DNA of 32,000 nucleotides from Mucisphaera calidilacus (GTDB taxonomy: Bacteria > Planctomycetota > Phycisphaerae > Phycisphaerales > Phycisphaeraceae): positions 2,250,001-2,282,000 of the forward strand of contig NZ_CP036280.1 of the NCBI RefSeq assembly GCF_007748075.1, read 5' to 3'. A model generated the notes under the pieces. That model was not told the DNA's origin, searched no databases, and saw only the letters and a program-made list of their open reading frames with translations. Position numbers and translations under genes: made by a program. Positions 1 to 9,436 of this stretch are shown piece by piece; position 1 is the first letter of the stretch, and every line of letters starts with the position of its first letter.

Positions 1-1301
1 TTCCCGATGGTGTCGCTGAAGGTGTCGAGGTCGAAGCGGGCGTTGGGTTCGACGGTGACGAGGGTGGTCTCGGCGATCTGGTTGTTGGCGGCGAGTCGCG
101 CGACGGCGTCCTTGTGGATGAAGAGGCTGGTCTCTACGGCGTTGGCGTTGGTTTTGGCGAGTTCGAGGGTTCCCGCGGTGACTTCGGCGGAGACGGCGTT
201 GGCGTCGGGGCCTGCGAGGGTGAGTGTGCCGGGGTCGCGCTTGATGAGTCTGCCGGTGCCGGTGACGGGCGCGTCGATGGTGACGTCGAAGCCCTGGGTG
301 ACGAAGCCGCCGTTGCGGTTGGTGAGTTCGATGGGTGTGGTGAGGGTAAAGGGAGCGTCGAAGCGGAGTCCGCCGCCGTCCATCTGCAGTTGACCGCTGC
401 CGAGTTGATTGTTGGCGGAAAGCGCAATGCGTCCGTCGAAGACACGTGTGCCACCCTGATGGGTGTTGTTCGCGGAGAGTTTCAGGGTACCGGGCCCGGT
501 CTTGAGCAGGTGGAAGGTGTCGGCACCGAAGGCGTCGCTGATGGGGACGTCCATGTCAAAGGTGTGGCTGCTCTCCGCGATGCGGATCTGCCCGCCTTCG
601 TCGGAGTATCCGAAACCGCCCGTAAACTCGCTTCCCCGCTGGAGGGTCGTGCCGGTGATGGTGAGGGCACCCCCGTCGAACTGAACGCGTCCCCCGCCGA
701 AGGACCGTGCGTCGGCAATACTGACCTGTCCGTTGCCGAGGTAGACGCGATCGAGAATATTGTTGGTGCTGTTGATACGCAGGACACCAGCCCCCGTCTT
801 GATAAGGCCCTGCAGGTCGCCGTGGCTGTCACCTTCGAGTCGGCCATTGACGGTGAGCTGGCTGTTGTGCTCGACGTCGATGTACATGTTGAAACCGAAG
901 TGGTGTCCGATGGTGCTGTTGATGGTGTGGTTGACGCCCCCGCCGACGAAGAGACCCGGGTTACGGAGGCTCAGTGTGCCGCCGTTGAGGGTGTAGGGCT
1001 GGCTGGCGGTGAGGTAAATCCTTGTGAAAGCCCGCGTGCCGTTGAGGTTGACCGTAGAGAAGAGGGGGAAGGGCTGCGTGAAGTTGATGTAGCTGTTGCT
1101 TCCGGACGGTATCACCGGGGACGATGTTAAGCCAAGAGCCCAGTTGGTTGCGTAGGCGGGCCCTGAGAGAGTGAGTTCATGGTCCCAGTCGGAGTTCCAA
1201 CTCCCATACCACGTGTACCGAGACTGAGCCATGGCCCCGGGCGTCAAGACCAGACTCGCCACACACGCCACCATCCAGACACACCATCGCTTACCTGTCA
1301 T
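1..1301 (-). CDS. Secreted autotransporter-associated beta-strand (PATR) repeat protein, N-terminal part; gene runs off the left edge
   Basis: Absent from the supplied ORF track because no stop codon lies inside the window. My translation of the minus strand from ATG at 1301 reads MTGKRWCVWMVACVASLVLTPGAMAQSRYTWYGSWNSDWDHELTLSGPAYATNW... with no stop down to position 3. It has a signal peptide (AMA/Q) followed by repeated motifs (LIKTGAGVLRINSTNN, LLKTGPGTLKLSANNTHQGGTRV, LIKRDPGTLTLAGPDAN) typical of PATR repeats. The listed + ORF 114..1130 is its G/V/E/D-rich antisense shadow. Confidence 0.75.
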   Translation of the reverse strand, partial: MTGKRWCVWMVACVASLVLTPGAMAQSRYTWYGSWNSDWDHELTLSGPAYATNWALGLTSSPVIPSGSNSYINFTQPFPLFSTVNLNGTRAFTRIYLTASQPYTLNGGTLSLRNPGLFVGGGVNHTINSTIGHHFGFNMYIDVEHNSQLTVNGRLEGDSHGDLQGLIKTGAGVLRINSTNNILDRVYLGNGQVSIADARSFGGGRVQFDGGALTITGTTLQRGSEFTGGFGYSDEGGQIRIAESSHTFDMDVPISDAFGADTFHLLKTGPGTLKLSANNTHQGGTRVFDGRIALSANNQLGSGQLQMDGGGLRFDAPFTLTTPIELTNRNGGFVTQGFDVTIDAPVTGTGRLIKRDPGTLTLAGPDANAVSAEVTAGTLELAKTNANAVETSLFIHKDAVARLAANNQIAETTLVTVEPNARFDLDTFSDTIG

Positions 1302-1487
1302 TCCCAAGCCCTCCAGCGCCAAGCGCCCACGTTGTTTCCCGTAACAGCCACCGCAGTATCGTGGATAAACAGCATCCTGTCACGGCAAATCCGCGGTTTC
1401 CCGCCCTTTTGTGCGGTTGACCCCCCCGGCCGGCTCAGCGAAACTATATGGCTCGCGTGACTGAACCCAAAGGACGGAGACGCATCG

Positions 1488-2609
1488 ATGTCGCTGAATC
1501 TGGCTGTAATTGGTGGAGACGGAACGGGCCCCGAGGTCGTGGCGCAGGCGCTGCGTGTGCTCGATCAGGTCGCGAAGGATGGCGGCTTCGAGGTCCAGAC
1601 CACGCCACTGCCGTACGGCGGCGAGCGTTACCTGGAGACGGGGACGGTGCTGACGGACGACGAGGTGGAGGGGCTGAAGGCGTACGACGCGATTCTGCTG
1701 GGCGCGGTGGGTCACGCGGACGTGCCGCCTGGCGTCCTGGAGAAGGGGATCCTGCTGAAGCTTCGGTTTGAGCTGGACCAGTACATCAATCTGCGGCCGG
1801 TGAAGCTGTACCCGGGGATCGAGACGCCGCTGGCGGGCAAGGGGCCGGATGAGATCGACATGGTGGTGGTGCGTGAGAACACGGAGGACCTGTATTGCGG
1901 CAATGGCGGGGTGGCGCGGCGGGGGACGGCTCAGGAGATTTCGACGCAGGAGATGATCGCGACGCGTTTTGGTGTGGAGCGTTGTCTGCGGTATGCGTTC
2001 GAGTTGGCACGGAGCCGAAAGGCGCAGGGTTTCCCGGGTCGGCTGACGCTGGTGCACAAGACGAACGTGCTGACGTTCTGCGGCGGGACGTGGTTCCGCG
2101 CGTTCGAGGCGATTGGCGAGGCGGACTACGCGGACATCGAGCGTGAGTACCACCACGTCGATGCCTGCTGCATGTACCTGGCGACGAAGCCGGAGATCTA
2201 TGACACGGTGGTGGTGCCGAACATGTTCGGCGACATCATCACAGACCTTGGCGCTGCGATTGCGGGCGGGATGGGGATCGCTGCATCGGGGAATCTGAAC
2301 CCGGACCCAAGCAACCCGAATCCGTCGATGTTCGAGCCGGTGCACGGGTCGTCGCCTGACATCGCGGGTCAGAACAAGGCGAATCCGCTGGCGTGTATTG
2401 ATTCGCTGGCGATGCTGTTGCGTGAGACGGGTCGGACGCAGGGCAAGCCGGCGCTGGAGGCGGCGGGCGAGCGTGTGGGCGCGGCGGTTCTGGCGGTGAC
2501 GCCGAAGTTCACGGGCAAGAAGCTGGATCGCTCGGGGTACGGGACGTCGGAGATCGGCGACATGGTTCTGGAGGCGCTGGGGGCGATTCCTGTGGGAGCG
2601 AGTGTGTGA
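1488..2609 (+). CDS. leuB: 3-isopropylmalate dehydrogenase (actinobacterial-type LeuB; isocitrate/isopropylmalate dehydrogenase family)
   Basis: ATG start with GGAG upstream. Family motifs present: [82 protein letters not shown]. Collinear with the Mycobacterium-type LeuB as I remember it. Tartrate dehydrogenase or another family member cannot be excluded without a search. Confidence 0.85.
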   Translation: MSLNLAVIGGDGTGPEVVAQALRVLDQVAKDGGFEVQTTPLPYGGERYLETGTVLTDDEVEGLKAYDAILLGAVGHADVPPGVLEKGILLKLRFELDQYINLRPVKLYPGIETPLAGKGPDEIDMVVVRENTEDLYCGNGGVARRGTAQEISTQEMIATRFGVERCLRYAFELARSRKAQGFPGRLTLVHKTNVLTFCGGTWFRAFEAIGEADYADIEREYHHVDACCMYLATKPEIYDTVVVPNMFGDIITDLGAAIAGGMGIAASGNLNPDPSNPNPSMFEPVHGSSPDIAGQNKANPLACIDSLAMLLRETGRTQGKPALEAAGERVGAAVLAVTPKFTGKKLDRSGYGTSEIGDMVLEALGAIPVGASV

Positions 2610-3845
2610 TCAGACGCCGCGTTTCTTGACGTCGGTGCCGTAGGTGCGTCCTTTCCAGTGGTTGCCGCCAAAGTAGTAATCGCGGACGCTGGCGAGGATG
2701 ATGGCGAGGTAGATCGCTGATCCGACGGGGAGGGTGAGTGCGTGGTGCCAGGGCAGGCGTGCGAAGATTCTGCTGGCGTTGAGTGCACTGGTGCCGAGGA
2801 GATTTGCGGCGAGGGCGAGGAGGGTCGGCCAGGCGAAGGCGGGGTCCCGGGTGAGGTACCAGGCGATGGCGGAGGGGATGATGCTCAGGGCGGGGAGGAT
2901 GTTGAAGGTGAAGGTGCAGAGGATGAGGAAGGTGACGCGGAAGGGGTTGTAGCGCAGGCCGGCGTAGGCGTTCTTGGTGAGTCCTTCCCAGAGGTCGAGC
3001 CAGCCGTTGTACATGCGGCACCAGAGCAGGTCGCGGGCGGCGGCGAGGCGCACGCGTGCGCCGTTTTTCTTGAGGCGTCTGCCGAGGGCGAGGTCTTCGA
3101 CGACGAAATTGTGGACGGCTTCGTGGCCGCCGATGGCGTCGTAGTTGTCGCGGCGGGTGAGGATAAAGGCGCCGCCGATGAGGGTCTCGTCGACCTTGGG
3201 GTCCATGGCCTTGTCGACGGGGAAGAGGACGGCGAGGGCGAGGATGAGCTGGGTCTGGACGACGGCCTCGACCCAGGTGCCGAATCGGAGTCCGGGGTAG
3301 AGGCCGACAAGGTCGGCGTCGTGCTGCTGTGCGTGTCGGATGGCGGCGCGGAGGCAGTCGGGGTGCCAGTGGATGTCGGCGTCGGTGAAGCAGAGCCATG
3401 TGGCTTGCCATGCCCCGGCGGCCTCGATTTGCCGGAGGTGCTGGTAGCCGCGGTAGAGGGCGTGGGGCTTGCCGACCCAGCCGGGCGGGGGTGCTTGCTG
3501 GTTGTGGAGGACGTGGAGGTGGGGGTAGCGCTGGGCGAGCTGGTCGGCGAGTTTGGCGGTGTCGTCGGTGGAGTCGTCGTCGACGAAGACGAGGGTGAGG
3601 TCGGGGTAGTTCTGTCGGCAGAGGGATTCGAGGGTTTCGGGGAGGTGTTCGGCCTCGTTGCGTGCCGGGACGAGCAGCGCGACGGGCGGGAGGTTGTCGT
3701 CGGTGTCCTCGTCCGGGGCTGGCGGTTCGACCTGATAGCGGGTGTTGGAGCGGTGGGTGTCGGAGGTGTTGACGCGGAGCCAGAGGAGTGTGGCGCCGGC
3801 GAGGGCGAGGGTCCAGGTCCACCAGAGAGCGGCCAGTAGCGTCAC
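2610..3845 (-). CDS. Membrane-anchored family 2 glycosyltransferase (CrtQ/HpnI-like lipid glycosyltransferase architecture)
   Basis: GTG start at 3845 preceded by GGAGA. N-terminal TM helix (LLAALWWTWTLALAGATLLWL). GT-A motifs: ALLVPARNEAEHLPETLESL, LVFVDDDSTDDT, FTDADIHW. C-terminal RMYNGWLDLWEGLTKN followed by several TM helices. Confidence 0.75.
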   Translation of the reverse strand: MTLLAALWWTWTLALAGATLLWLRVNTSDTHRSNTRYQVEPPAPDEDTDDNLPPVALLVPARNEAEHLPETLESLCRQNYPDLTLVFVDDDSTDDTAKLADQLAQRYPHLHVLHNQQAPPPGWVGKPHALYRGYQHLRQIEAAGAWQATWLCFTDADIHWHPDCLRAAIRHAQQHDADLVGLYPGLRFGTWVEAVVQTQLILALAVLFPVDKAMDPKVDETLIGGAFILTRRDNYDAIGGHEAVHNFVVEDLALGRRLKKNGARVRLAAARDLLWCRMYNGWLDLWEGLTKNAYAGLRYNPFRVTFLILCTFTFNILPALSIIPSAIAWYLTRDPAFAWPTLLALAANLLGTSALNASRIFARLPWHHALTLPVGSAIYLAIILASVRDYYFGGNHWKGRTYGTDVKKRGV

Positions 3846-3891
3846 GTTGTCTCCACGCTTGAGGGGTCGTGCGGTGGAAGCGTAGGCCTGC

Positions 3892-5160
3892 TCATGCGTT
3901 CTTGTTGAAGGTGTGGACGGCGTCGACCATAGCGACGAAGTTGTCGACGGGTGTCATGGCCTGGGTGTTGTGGATGGTGTTGAAGACGAAGCCTCCGCCT
4001 TGGGCGAAGATTCGGCAGCGATCGGTGACCTGCTCGCGGACCTCGGTGGGTGTGCCGAAGGGCAGGACGTGCTGGGTGTCGATGCCGCCTCCCCAGAAGG
4101 TGATGCGTTTGCCGAAGCCGGCCTTGAGTTCGGCGGGGTCCATGCCGGTGGCGGAGCACTGGACGGGGTTGAGGATGTCGAATCCGGCATCGATAAAGGA
4201 GTCGATGAGGCCCGCGACGGCGCCGCAGGAGTGCTTGAAGGTCTTCCAGCGTGTGTTGGCGTGGACCCAGTCGTTGATCTCGCGGTAGAAGGGTAGCCAG
4301 AGGTCGCGGAAGGTGTCGACGGAGCAGAACTGGGAGGTCTGAGTTCCGAAGTCGGTGCCGCAGATCACGATAACGTCGATGAGGTCGCCGACCTCGTCGT
4401 TGAGGCGTTGGAGGTTGGGGAGGGCGATGTCGACCTGGTGTCGGAAGATGGCCCTGACGAAGTCGGGTCGCATGGCGGTGGACATGTACCACTCGGAGAT
4501 ATCGCGGATGCCTTTGGGTTGTTTGAGGAAGGGGGCGGGGACGAGGGCGATGTCGCCTAGTCCGGTGCCGGGTGAGCAGACGACGACGGCGCGTCCGGTG
4601 GCGTGGGCGTCGCGGACGCCTCGGGTTATGGTTTGCAGTTCGTCGTCGGTGAGGGGCTTGAATTCCTCGGTGTTGTCTTCGACGGCGAGGTTGTCCTCAT
4701 CGATGGGCTCCTGGCGCACGATGGCATCGAAGAAGTACCCCCCTGCGGGCATGTGTCCGCTGGCGTGGGCGTCGGAATCGCCTTGGGGGTAGATGTAGAC
4801 GTCGCCCTTGTCGGTGGTGGTGGTGACGAAATCGGCGGGGACGAGGACGTCCTGTTTCCAAGGGGTTGTCCAGGATTTCCATCCGGTGGCGGGGAAGCCG
4901 AACATGGTGCTGTGCGGGATGACGCCCTGGGTGTCGATGCCGAGGGCGGCTTTGAGGTCGTCCTCGACGTAGCCGAGCATCTGATAGGGCTCGTGGACGC
5001 GGACGGGTCGCTGTTCGAGGCCGTAGTGCTGTCGGAGTTGCTCGATGACGGAGCAGTGCAGGCCGGTGATGAAGGTGGCGCCGAAGTCGATGGGCAGTCG
5101 GTCGGGCTGCTGGTGATTGATGGCGGCAAGGACACGGTCGCGCGAATCCGTAGCGGGCAT
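3892..5160 (-). CDS. Uroporphyrinogen decarboxylase (URO-D) family protein, function unknown
   Basis: ATG with GAGGA upstream. N-terminal RVLAAINHQQPDRLPIDF. C-terminal block HSCGAVAGLIDSFIDAGFDILNPVQ...GMDPAELKAGFGKRITFWGGGIDTQHVLPFGTPTEVREQV...GGGFVFNTIHN resembles the URO-D/MtaA-like TIM barrel. No heme or corrinoid genes are nearby. Confidence 0.65.
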   Translation of the reverse strand: MPATDSRDRVLAAINHQQPDRLPIDFGATFITGLHCSVIEQLRQHYGLEQRPVRVHEPYQMLGYVEDDLKAALGIDTQGVIPHSTMFGFPATGWKSWTTPWKQDVLVPADFVTTTTDKGDVYIYPQGDSDAHASGHMPAGGYFFDAIVRQEPIDEDNLAVEDNTEEFKPLTDDELQTITRGVRDAHATGRAVVVCSPGTGLGDIALVPAPFLKQPKGIRDISEWYMSTAMRPDFVRAIFRHQVDIALPNLQRLNDEVGDLIDVIVICGTDFGTQTSQFCSVDTFRDLWLPFYREINDWVHANTRWKTFKHSCGAVAGLIDSFIDAGFDILNPVQCSATGMDPAELKAGFGKRITFWGGGIDTQHVLPFGTPTEVREQVTDRCRIFAQGGGFVFNTIHNTQAMTPVDNFVAMVDAVHTFNKNA

Positions 5161-5228
5161 GGCATTTCCTCAAAAGGTCGGCCATGCTTTTTAGCAGATG
5201 AGGGTTGTGCGTACCTGTGCGGTAGCGG

Positions 5229-5666
5229 TCAGGCGGCGCCGTGGATGTACTGGTGGAGGTATTCGATCATGACGGCCTGGCCTTCGAGTCGGAAGGCGTT
5301 GAGGTCGCCGATGGAGATGACGCCGGCGAGTTCGCCCGCGTCGGTGACGACGGGGAGGTGTCGGACGCGTCGGTCCTTGAAGATGTCGGAGATGTCTTCG
5401 AGCGAGGTTTCGGGTGTGCAGGTCCAGAGGTTGTCGGTCATGACGCTCTTGACGGAGGTGGTTTCGGGTTTTCGGCCGGCGGCGATGACTTTTCGGAGGA
5501 TGTCGCGTTCGGTGATGATGCCTTTGAGGTTCTCGTCGTCGACGACGAGGAGCGAGCCGATGTTGTGCTCGTTCATGATCTCGGCGGCACGATCGACGGT
5601 GGTCTCGGGGGGGACCGAGTGCACTTTGTTTCCCTTGCGATCGAGAAGCAGTTGGACGTTTGGCAT
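5229..5666 (-). CDS. Stand-alone CBS-pair domain protein
   Basis: 145 aa with two CBS repeats (TTVDRAAEIMNEHNIGSLLVVDD...GIITERDILRKV and TSLEDISDIFKDRRVRHLPVVTD...GVISIGDL). ATG start with AGGAG upstream. Confidence 0.9.
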   Translation of the reverse strand: MPNVQLLLDRKGNKVHSVPPETTVDRAAEIMNEHNIGSLLVVDDENLKGIITERDILRKVIAAGRKPETTSVKSVMTDNLWTCTPETSLEDISDIFKDRRVRHLPVVTDAGELAGVISIGDLNAFRLEGQAVMIEYLHQYIHGAA

Positions 5667-5839
5667 GGGGTGATACTCCTGCGTACGACATGAAAAGATG
5701 CGCGGCCAGAGAGGAGAACGTCGCGGGCGACGGTCTGGTTCAAGCGTACCACCGGAGTGCGGGGAAAATAAAGGAAAAAACGTCCAATCCGTGGATTTTA
5801 CAGGAGATATGAGAGTCTGAAGACGTCAGATAAAGGTGT

Positions 5840-6334
5840 TTAGCGGAAGAGTTTGCCCTGTCCGGGGCTGAGTCGTTCGTTCATTTCGAGGACGCCTCGG
5901 ACTTCCTCGATGAGGTCGTCGAGGTCGCGGAACTGCTTGTAGACGGAGGCGAAGCGGACATAGGCGACCTGGTCGATGGTGCGGAGTTGTTCGGCGAGTC
6001 GCTGTCCGATGTCTTCGGCGTCGATCTCGCGTTGTCCGGTGCGTCGGAGTTCTTCGGTGACGTGGTCGACGGCTTCCTGGAGGCGTCGCGTCGGGACGGG
6101 TCGTTTGTAGCAGGCGGCCTCGAGTCCGGCGAGCATCTTGGCTTTGTCGAAGGGGACACGGCTGCGGTCGCGTTTGACGACGACGAGTTTGGTGGTTTCC
6201 TCGACGGTTTCGTAGGTGGTGAAGCGTTTTGAGCAGTTGAGGCATTCGCGTCGGCGTCGGATCGCCTTGCCGTTCTCAGCGGGGCGGGAGTCGATGACGC
6301 GGTCTTTGTTGGCTTCGCAGTAGGGGCATCGCAT
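5840..6334 (-). CDS. nrdR: Transcriptional repressor NrdR (zinc ribbon + ATP-cone)
   Basis: MRCPYCEANKDRVIDSRPAENGKAIRRRRECLNCSKRFTTYE is the NrdR CxxC...CxxC zinc ribbon. It is followed by an ATP-cone (VVKRDRSRVPFDKAKM...YVRFASVYKQF). Confidence 0.93.
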   Translation of the reverse strand: MRCPYCEANKDRVIDSRPAENGKAIRRRRECLNCSKRFTTYETVEETTKLVVVKRDRSRVPFDKAKMLAGLEAACYKRPVPTRRLQEAVDHVTEELRRTGQREIDAEDIGQRLAEQLRTIDQVAYVRFASVYKQFRDLDDLIEEVRGVLEMNERLSPGQGKLFR

Positions 6335-6388
6335 GGTTAATGGTTATTATCCCGGAGCTTGGAAGTTCTGCCAGTGACAGGAGGTTCC

Positions 6389-7249
6389 GTGAGGATCCGG
6401 ATTGCGATATTGGGTGACATCGTGGGCACGCCGGGGCGTCAGGTGGTGGCCTCGGCGGTGAAGCGTCTGAAGCGTGAGATGGGCGTGCAGGTGGTGATTG
6501 CGAATGTGGAGAACGCGGCGAACGGTTCGGGGCTGACGCCTGATCTCCATAAGAAGCTGCAGCTGGCGGGTTTAGACGGCATGACGATGGGGGATCACGC
6601 TTATCGCAAGAAGCAGATCGTGCCGACGCTGGAGCGGGGTTCGGACATCATCCGGCCTGCGAACCTGTCGGCGAAGGCGAAGGGGAAGGTGTGTCTGCGT
6701 CTGGTGGCGGAGGTGGAGGAGGTGAAGCTGCCGATTTACGTCTTCACGGTGGTGGGGCGTTTGTTCATGAACACGATGCAGGGGACGGACCCGTTTGCGA
6801 CGGCGGATCGTCTGATCGAGCAGATTCATGAGCGGCCGAGCGTGATTCTGGTGGAGGTTCACGCGGAGGCGACGAGTGAGAAGGTGGCGATGGGTTGGTA
6901 TCTGAACGAGCGTGTGACGGCGGTGTTCGGGACGCACACGCATATTCAGACGGCGGATGCGCGGGTGCTGCCTCGGGAGATCGAGGGTCCTCGGAGCGGG
7001 GCGTCGGTGCTGCCGCTGGGCGAGGGCGGGACGGCGTACATCACGGACCTGGGGATGAGTGGTCCTCAGGATTCGGTGTTGGGCCGTCGGGTGGACCGGG
7101 TGGTGAGTCAGATGACGACGGCGATGCCGGCGGCGTTTGACGTGGCGGAGGGCAACCCTGAGGCGCGGGGTGTGATCGTGGAGGTGGAGTCGTCGACGGG
7201 TCGTGCGGTGGGGGTCGAGACGATCGTGCTGGGCCCGGAGGATGCCTGA
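6389..7249 (+). CDS. YmdB-like metallophosphoesterase (TIGR00282 family, 2',3'-cyclic-nucleotide phosphodiesterase-like)
   Basis: The ORF track starts at TTG 6359. I prefer GTG 6389 (GGAGG lies 4 nt upstream), which gives (V)RIRIAILGDIVGTPGR, as in YmdB homologues. Motifs: VIANVENAANGSGLT, GMTMGDHAY, VEVHAEATSEK, FGTHTHIQTADARVLP. Confidence 0.85.
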   Translation: MRIRIAILGDIVGTPGRQVVASAVKRLKREMGVQVVIANVENAANGSGLTPDLHKKLQLAGLDGMTMGDHAYRKKQIVPTLERGSDIIRPANLSAKAKGKVCLRLVAEVEEVKLPIYVFTVVGRLFMNTMQGTDPFATADRLIEQIHERPSVILVEVHAEATSEKVAMGWYLNERVTAVFGTHTHIQTADARVLPREIEGPRSGASVLPLGEGGTAYITDLGMSGPQDSVLGRRVDRVVSQMTTAMPAAFDVAEGNPEARGVIVEVESSTGRAVGVETIVLGPEDA

Positions 7250-7391
7250 GTTGCCCAGGCGTCAGAGCCGTCAGGGTTCAACAGGGGATTTGGGGTGGAG
7301 GCTGCGGCTGGTATCAAGGCGGGTCTGAGATCGGGCGGGTGAATCGTGCGGGTAGCCTCATGGGCGGTTGTGGTTGCCCGATAACGAGAGC

Positions 7392-8393
7392 ATGGAAGAG
7401 CGCGAAAACCGACGTGTGACCGCGGACCTGTCCGACGGGCTGAGGCTGACCGACGAACTGTCGGTGGATGAGTTGTCGCTGCCGGAAGTGGCGTGGCCGC
7501 GTCACGGGTTGACGACGACGCTGCGCGGCATCCTGACGGGCGGCGTTGTGGCGGCGGGTGTCGCGGGCGGTCTTGGTTGGTGGCTGGGCGGGCCGTTGCT
7601 GTCTGCGGCGGCGGTGGCCGGCGTGGCGGGATATGCGCACTGGCGCTTGTCGCGTGGCGTGGTTCAGTCGCTGGGCAATCTGATTGACCGGCTGGAGCTG
7701 ACCTCGTGCAACCCGACGTCGGAGTTGGTGGAGAAGCTGCCGCTTGAGCGTGAGGACGAGATCGGCCAGGTGGCGCGTGCGATGGCGCGTGTCTGCCGGA
7801 ACTCGATCCGCAAGGGTTTTGAGGCGCAGCAGCTGCGTCGGACGATTGATCAGCGTGTGCGTCTGGCGACGCGTAAGGCGACGTCGCGTCTGCAGCGTGA
7901 GACGCTCCGCGACCCGATGACGGACCTTGGCAACCGGCGATTCCTGGAAGAACAGGGGCCGAAGCTGTTTGATGCGACCGAGGCGAGTGACCTTTCGCTG
8001 CTGTGCGTGGCGATCGATCTGGATCACTTCAAGGCGGTCAACGACACGCTGGGTCACGCGGCGGGGGATGACGTGCTGGTCTTCGTGGGGTCGCTGATCA
8101 AGGCGACGACGCGTGAGGACGATATGGCGGTTCGCCTGGGCGGCGACGAGTTCCTCGTGCTGATGCCCGGTGCTGATTTTGATCGTGGTTTGAAGTTCGC
8201 GGCCCAGCTCCGCTCGCTGTTCACGCAGCAGACGGGTCTGCTGACGCGTGGCGGGCCGAAGCCCGACCTGTCGATCGGCATCGCGGAGCGGCTGTCGGAC
8301 CGTTGTGACTCGCTGCAGTCGCTGATGGAGCGTGCGGACGAGCGTCTGTACACGGCCAAGCGAAACGGTCGGGGTCGCGCGGAGGCGGGTTAA
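7392..8393 (+). CDS. Membrane-anchored diguanylate cyclase (GGDEF domain with intact I-site)
   Basis: TTG 7368 is the longest start; ATG 7392 is preferred. Two predicted TM helices, a linker, then the GGDEF domain: DPMTDLGNRRF, DLDHFKAVNDTLGHAAGD, REDDMAVRLGGDEFLVLMPG (RxxD sits exactly 5 residues before GGDEF), YTAKRNGRG. Confidence 0.9.
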   Translation: MEERENRRVTADLSDGLRLTDELSVDELSLPEVAWPRHGLTTTLRGILTGGVVAAGVAGGLGWWLGGPLLSAAAVAGVAGYAHWRLSRGVVQSLGNLIDRLELTSCNPTSELVEKLPLEREDEIGQVARAMARVCRNSIRKGFEAQQLRRTIDQRVRLATRKATSRLQRETLRDPMTDLGNRRFLEEQGPKLFDATEASDLSLLCVAIDLDHFKAVNDTLGHAAGDDVLVFVGSLIKATTREDDMAVRLGGDEFLVLMPGADFDRGLKFAAQLRSLFTQQTGLLTRGGPKPDLSIGIAERLSDRCDSLQSLMERADERLYTAKRNGRGRAEAG

Positions 8394-8397
8394 ACGC

Positions 8398-9279
8398 TCA
8401 GGCGTGGTCGAGCATGGAGCTGAGTCCGGGGCGGAAGACGACCTTATCGTCGACGACGACGAGTTTCTGATCGAGGAACATCTGCACGGCGTCGGCGAGG
8501 ATGCGTCCTTCGAGTCGTTGTCCGTTGGCGCGGACGTCCTCGGCGGTGTCGCGTCCGACGTCGATGTGGAAGACGTCCTGGAGGATGATGGGTCCCTCGT
8601 CGAGGTCTTCGGTGACAAAGTGGGCGGTGCATCCTGCGACGCGGACGCCTGCTTCCCATGCGGCGTGGTAGGGCTTGGCGCCGGGGAAGTGGGGCAGCAG
8701 CGAGGGGTGGATGTTGATGATCTTGTAGCGGAAGGCCTGGACCATCTCGGGGGGGACGATCTGCATGTAGCGTGCGAGGACGATGAGGTCGGGTTGGGCC
8801 TTGGCGAGTTGCTCCATCATCCACTTGAAGTGGGCCTGCTTGTCGGGCTTGGCGGGGAAGTGTGCGAAGGGCAGTCCGGCGGCCTTGGCGACGGGTTCGA
8901 GGTCGGGGTGGTTGCCTAGGACGGTGACGAGGTCGCCTCGGAACTTGCCGGCCTTCCAGTCGTCGATGAGGGTCTGGAGGCAGTGTGCCTCTTTGGAGAC
9001 GAGGACGGCGACGCGTTTGGGTTTGCGGTCGTGCAGGGCGACGCGGACTTCCATCTCGATGTCGCGGCCGAGTTCGAGCAGGTCGGTGATGAGCTGGTCG
9101 AGGGAGGGGGTCATGTCGGCGAGGTCGACGAGCATGTCCATGATGAACTCGCCGTTGACCACCTGCTGCTCGAGGTCGAGGATGTTGACGCCTCGCTCGG
9201 CGAGGTAGGTGGCGAACCGGGCGACGACGCCCTTCTGGTCGCGGCCGATGACGCTGACGACGGCTTTGATTTCGGGCAT
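8398..9279 (-). CDS. purU: Formyltetrahydrofolate deformylase
   Basis: N-terminal ACT domain (VVSVIGRDQKGVVARFATYLAERGVNILDLEQ) plus a formyltransferase domain (DLIVLARYMQIV, IINIHPSLLPHFPGAKPYHAAWEAGVRVAGCTAHFVTEDLDEGPII). Confidence 0.92.
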   Translation of the reverse strand: MPEIKAVVSVIGRDQKGVVARFATYLAERGVNILDLEQQVVNGEFIMDMLVDLADMTPSLDQLITDLLELGRDIEMEVRVALHDRKPKRVAVLVSKEAHCLQTLIDDWKAGKFRGDLVTVLGNHPDLEPVAKAAGLPFAHFPAKPDKQAHFKWMMEQLAKAQPDLIVLARYMQIVPPEMVQAFRYKIINIHPSLLPHFPGAKPYHAAWEAGVRVAGCTAHFVTEDLDEGPIILQDVFHIDVGRDTAEDVRANGQRLEGRILADAVQMFLDQKLVVVDDKVVFRPGLSSMLDHA

Positions 9280-9348
9280 GGGGTGGCTCCGATTTCTGTG
9301 GAGGCATAGGGTGAGGGTCGGGAGCGGTGATTAGAGCCGATAACGGTG

Positions 9349-9378
9349 TTCCACGCACCCGGTCGGGATTACTACAAT
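9349..9378 (+). promoter_or_regulatory. Candidate sigma70-like promoter for lpdA (TTCCAC-N18-TACAAT)
   Basis: TTCCAC at 9349..9354 and TACAAT at 9373..9378, about 58 nt upstream of the lpdA ATG, in the purU/lpdA divergent region. Pattern match only. Confidence 0.25.
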
Positions 9379-9436
9379 CGTCGGTTCGCTCGCGGGTGGT
9401 CGTGAGCGGATCTGACCCTGCAGCAGAAGGTAAGTC

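Noticed and set aside
1417-1450. TTGACC ... TATAT promoter-like pair upstream of leuB
   Set aside because: The spacing between the hexamers is 21-22 nt, outside the functional range. No better -10 lies at 16-19 nt.
2509-3839. ORFs 2509..3822 (-) and 2742..3839 (+) overlapping the GT2 gene
   Set aside because: One is P/R-rich and the other G/E/V/D-rich nonsense. Only the 2610..3845 frame has TM helices plus the GT-A DxD motifs.
5760-5839. Intrinsic terminator after nrdR (A/T-rich stretch; AATCC-GT-GGATT and TCTGA-AGACG-TCAGA repeats)
   Set aside because: The stems are only 5 bp with poor geometry. The T6 run on the minus strand is not immediately preceded by a stable hairpin. The stretch is more likely promoter DNA for the CBS gene.
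9280-9436. Possible ZTP (pfl-type) or other riboswitch in the purU leader
   Set aside because: I read both strands looking for the conserved ZTP core and pseudoknot sequences as I remember them and found no convincing match, only short GC stems. A covariance-model scan (Rfam/Infernal) would settle it.
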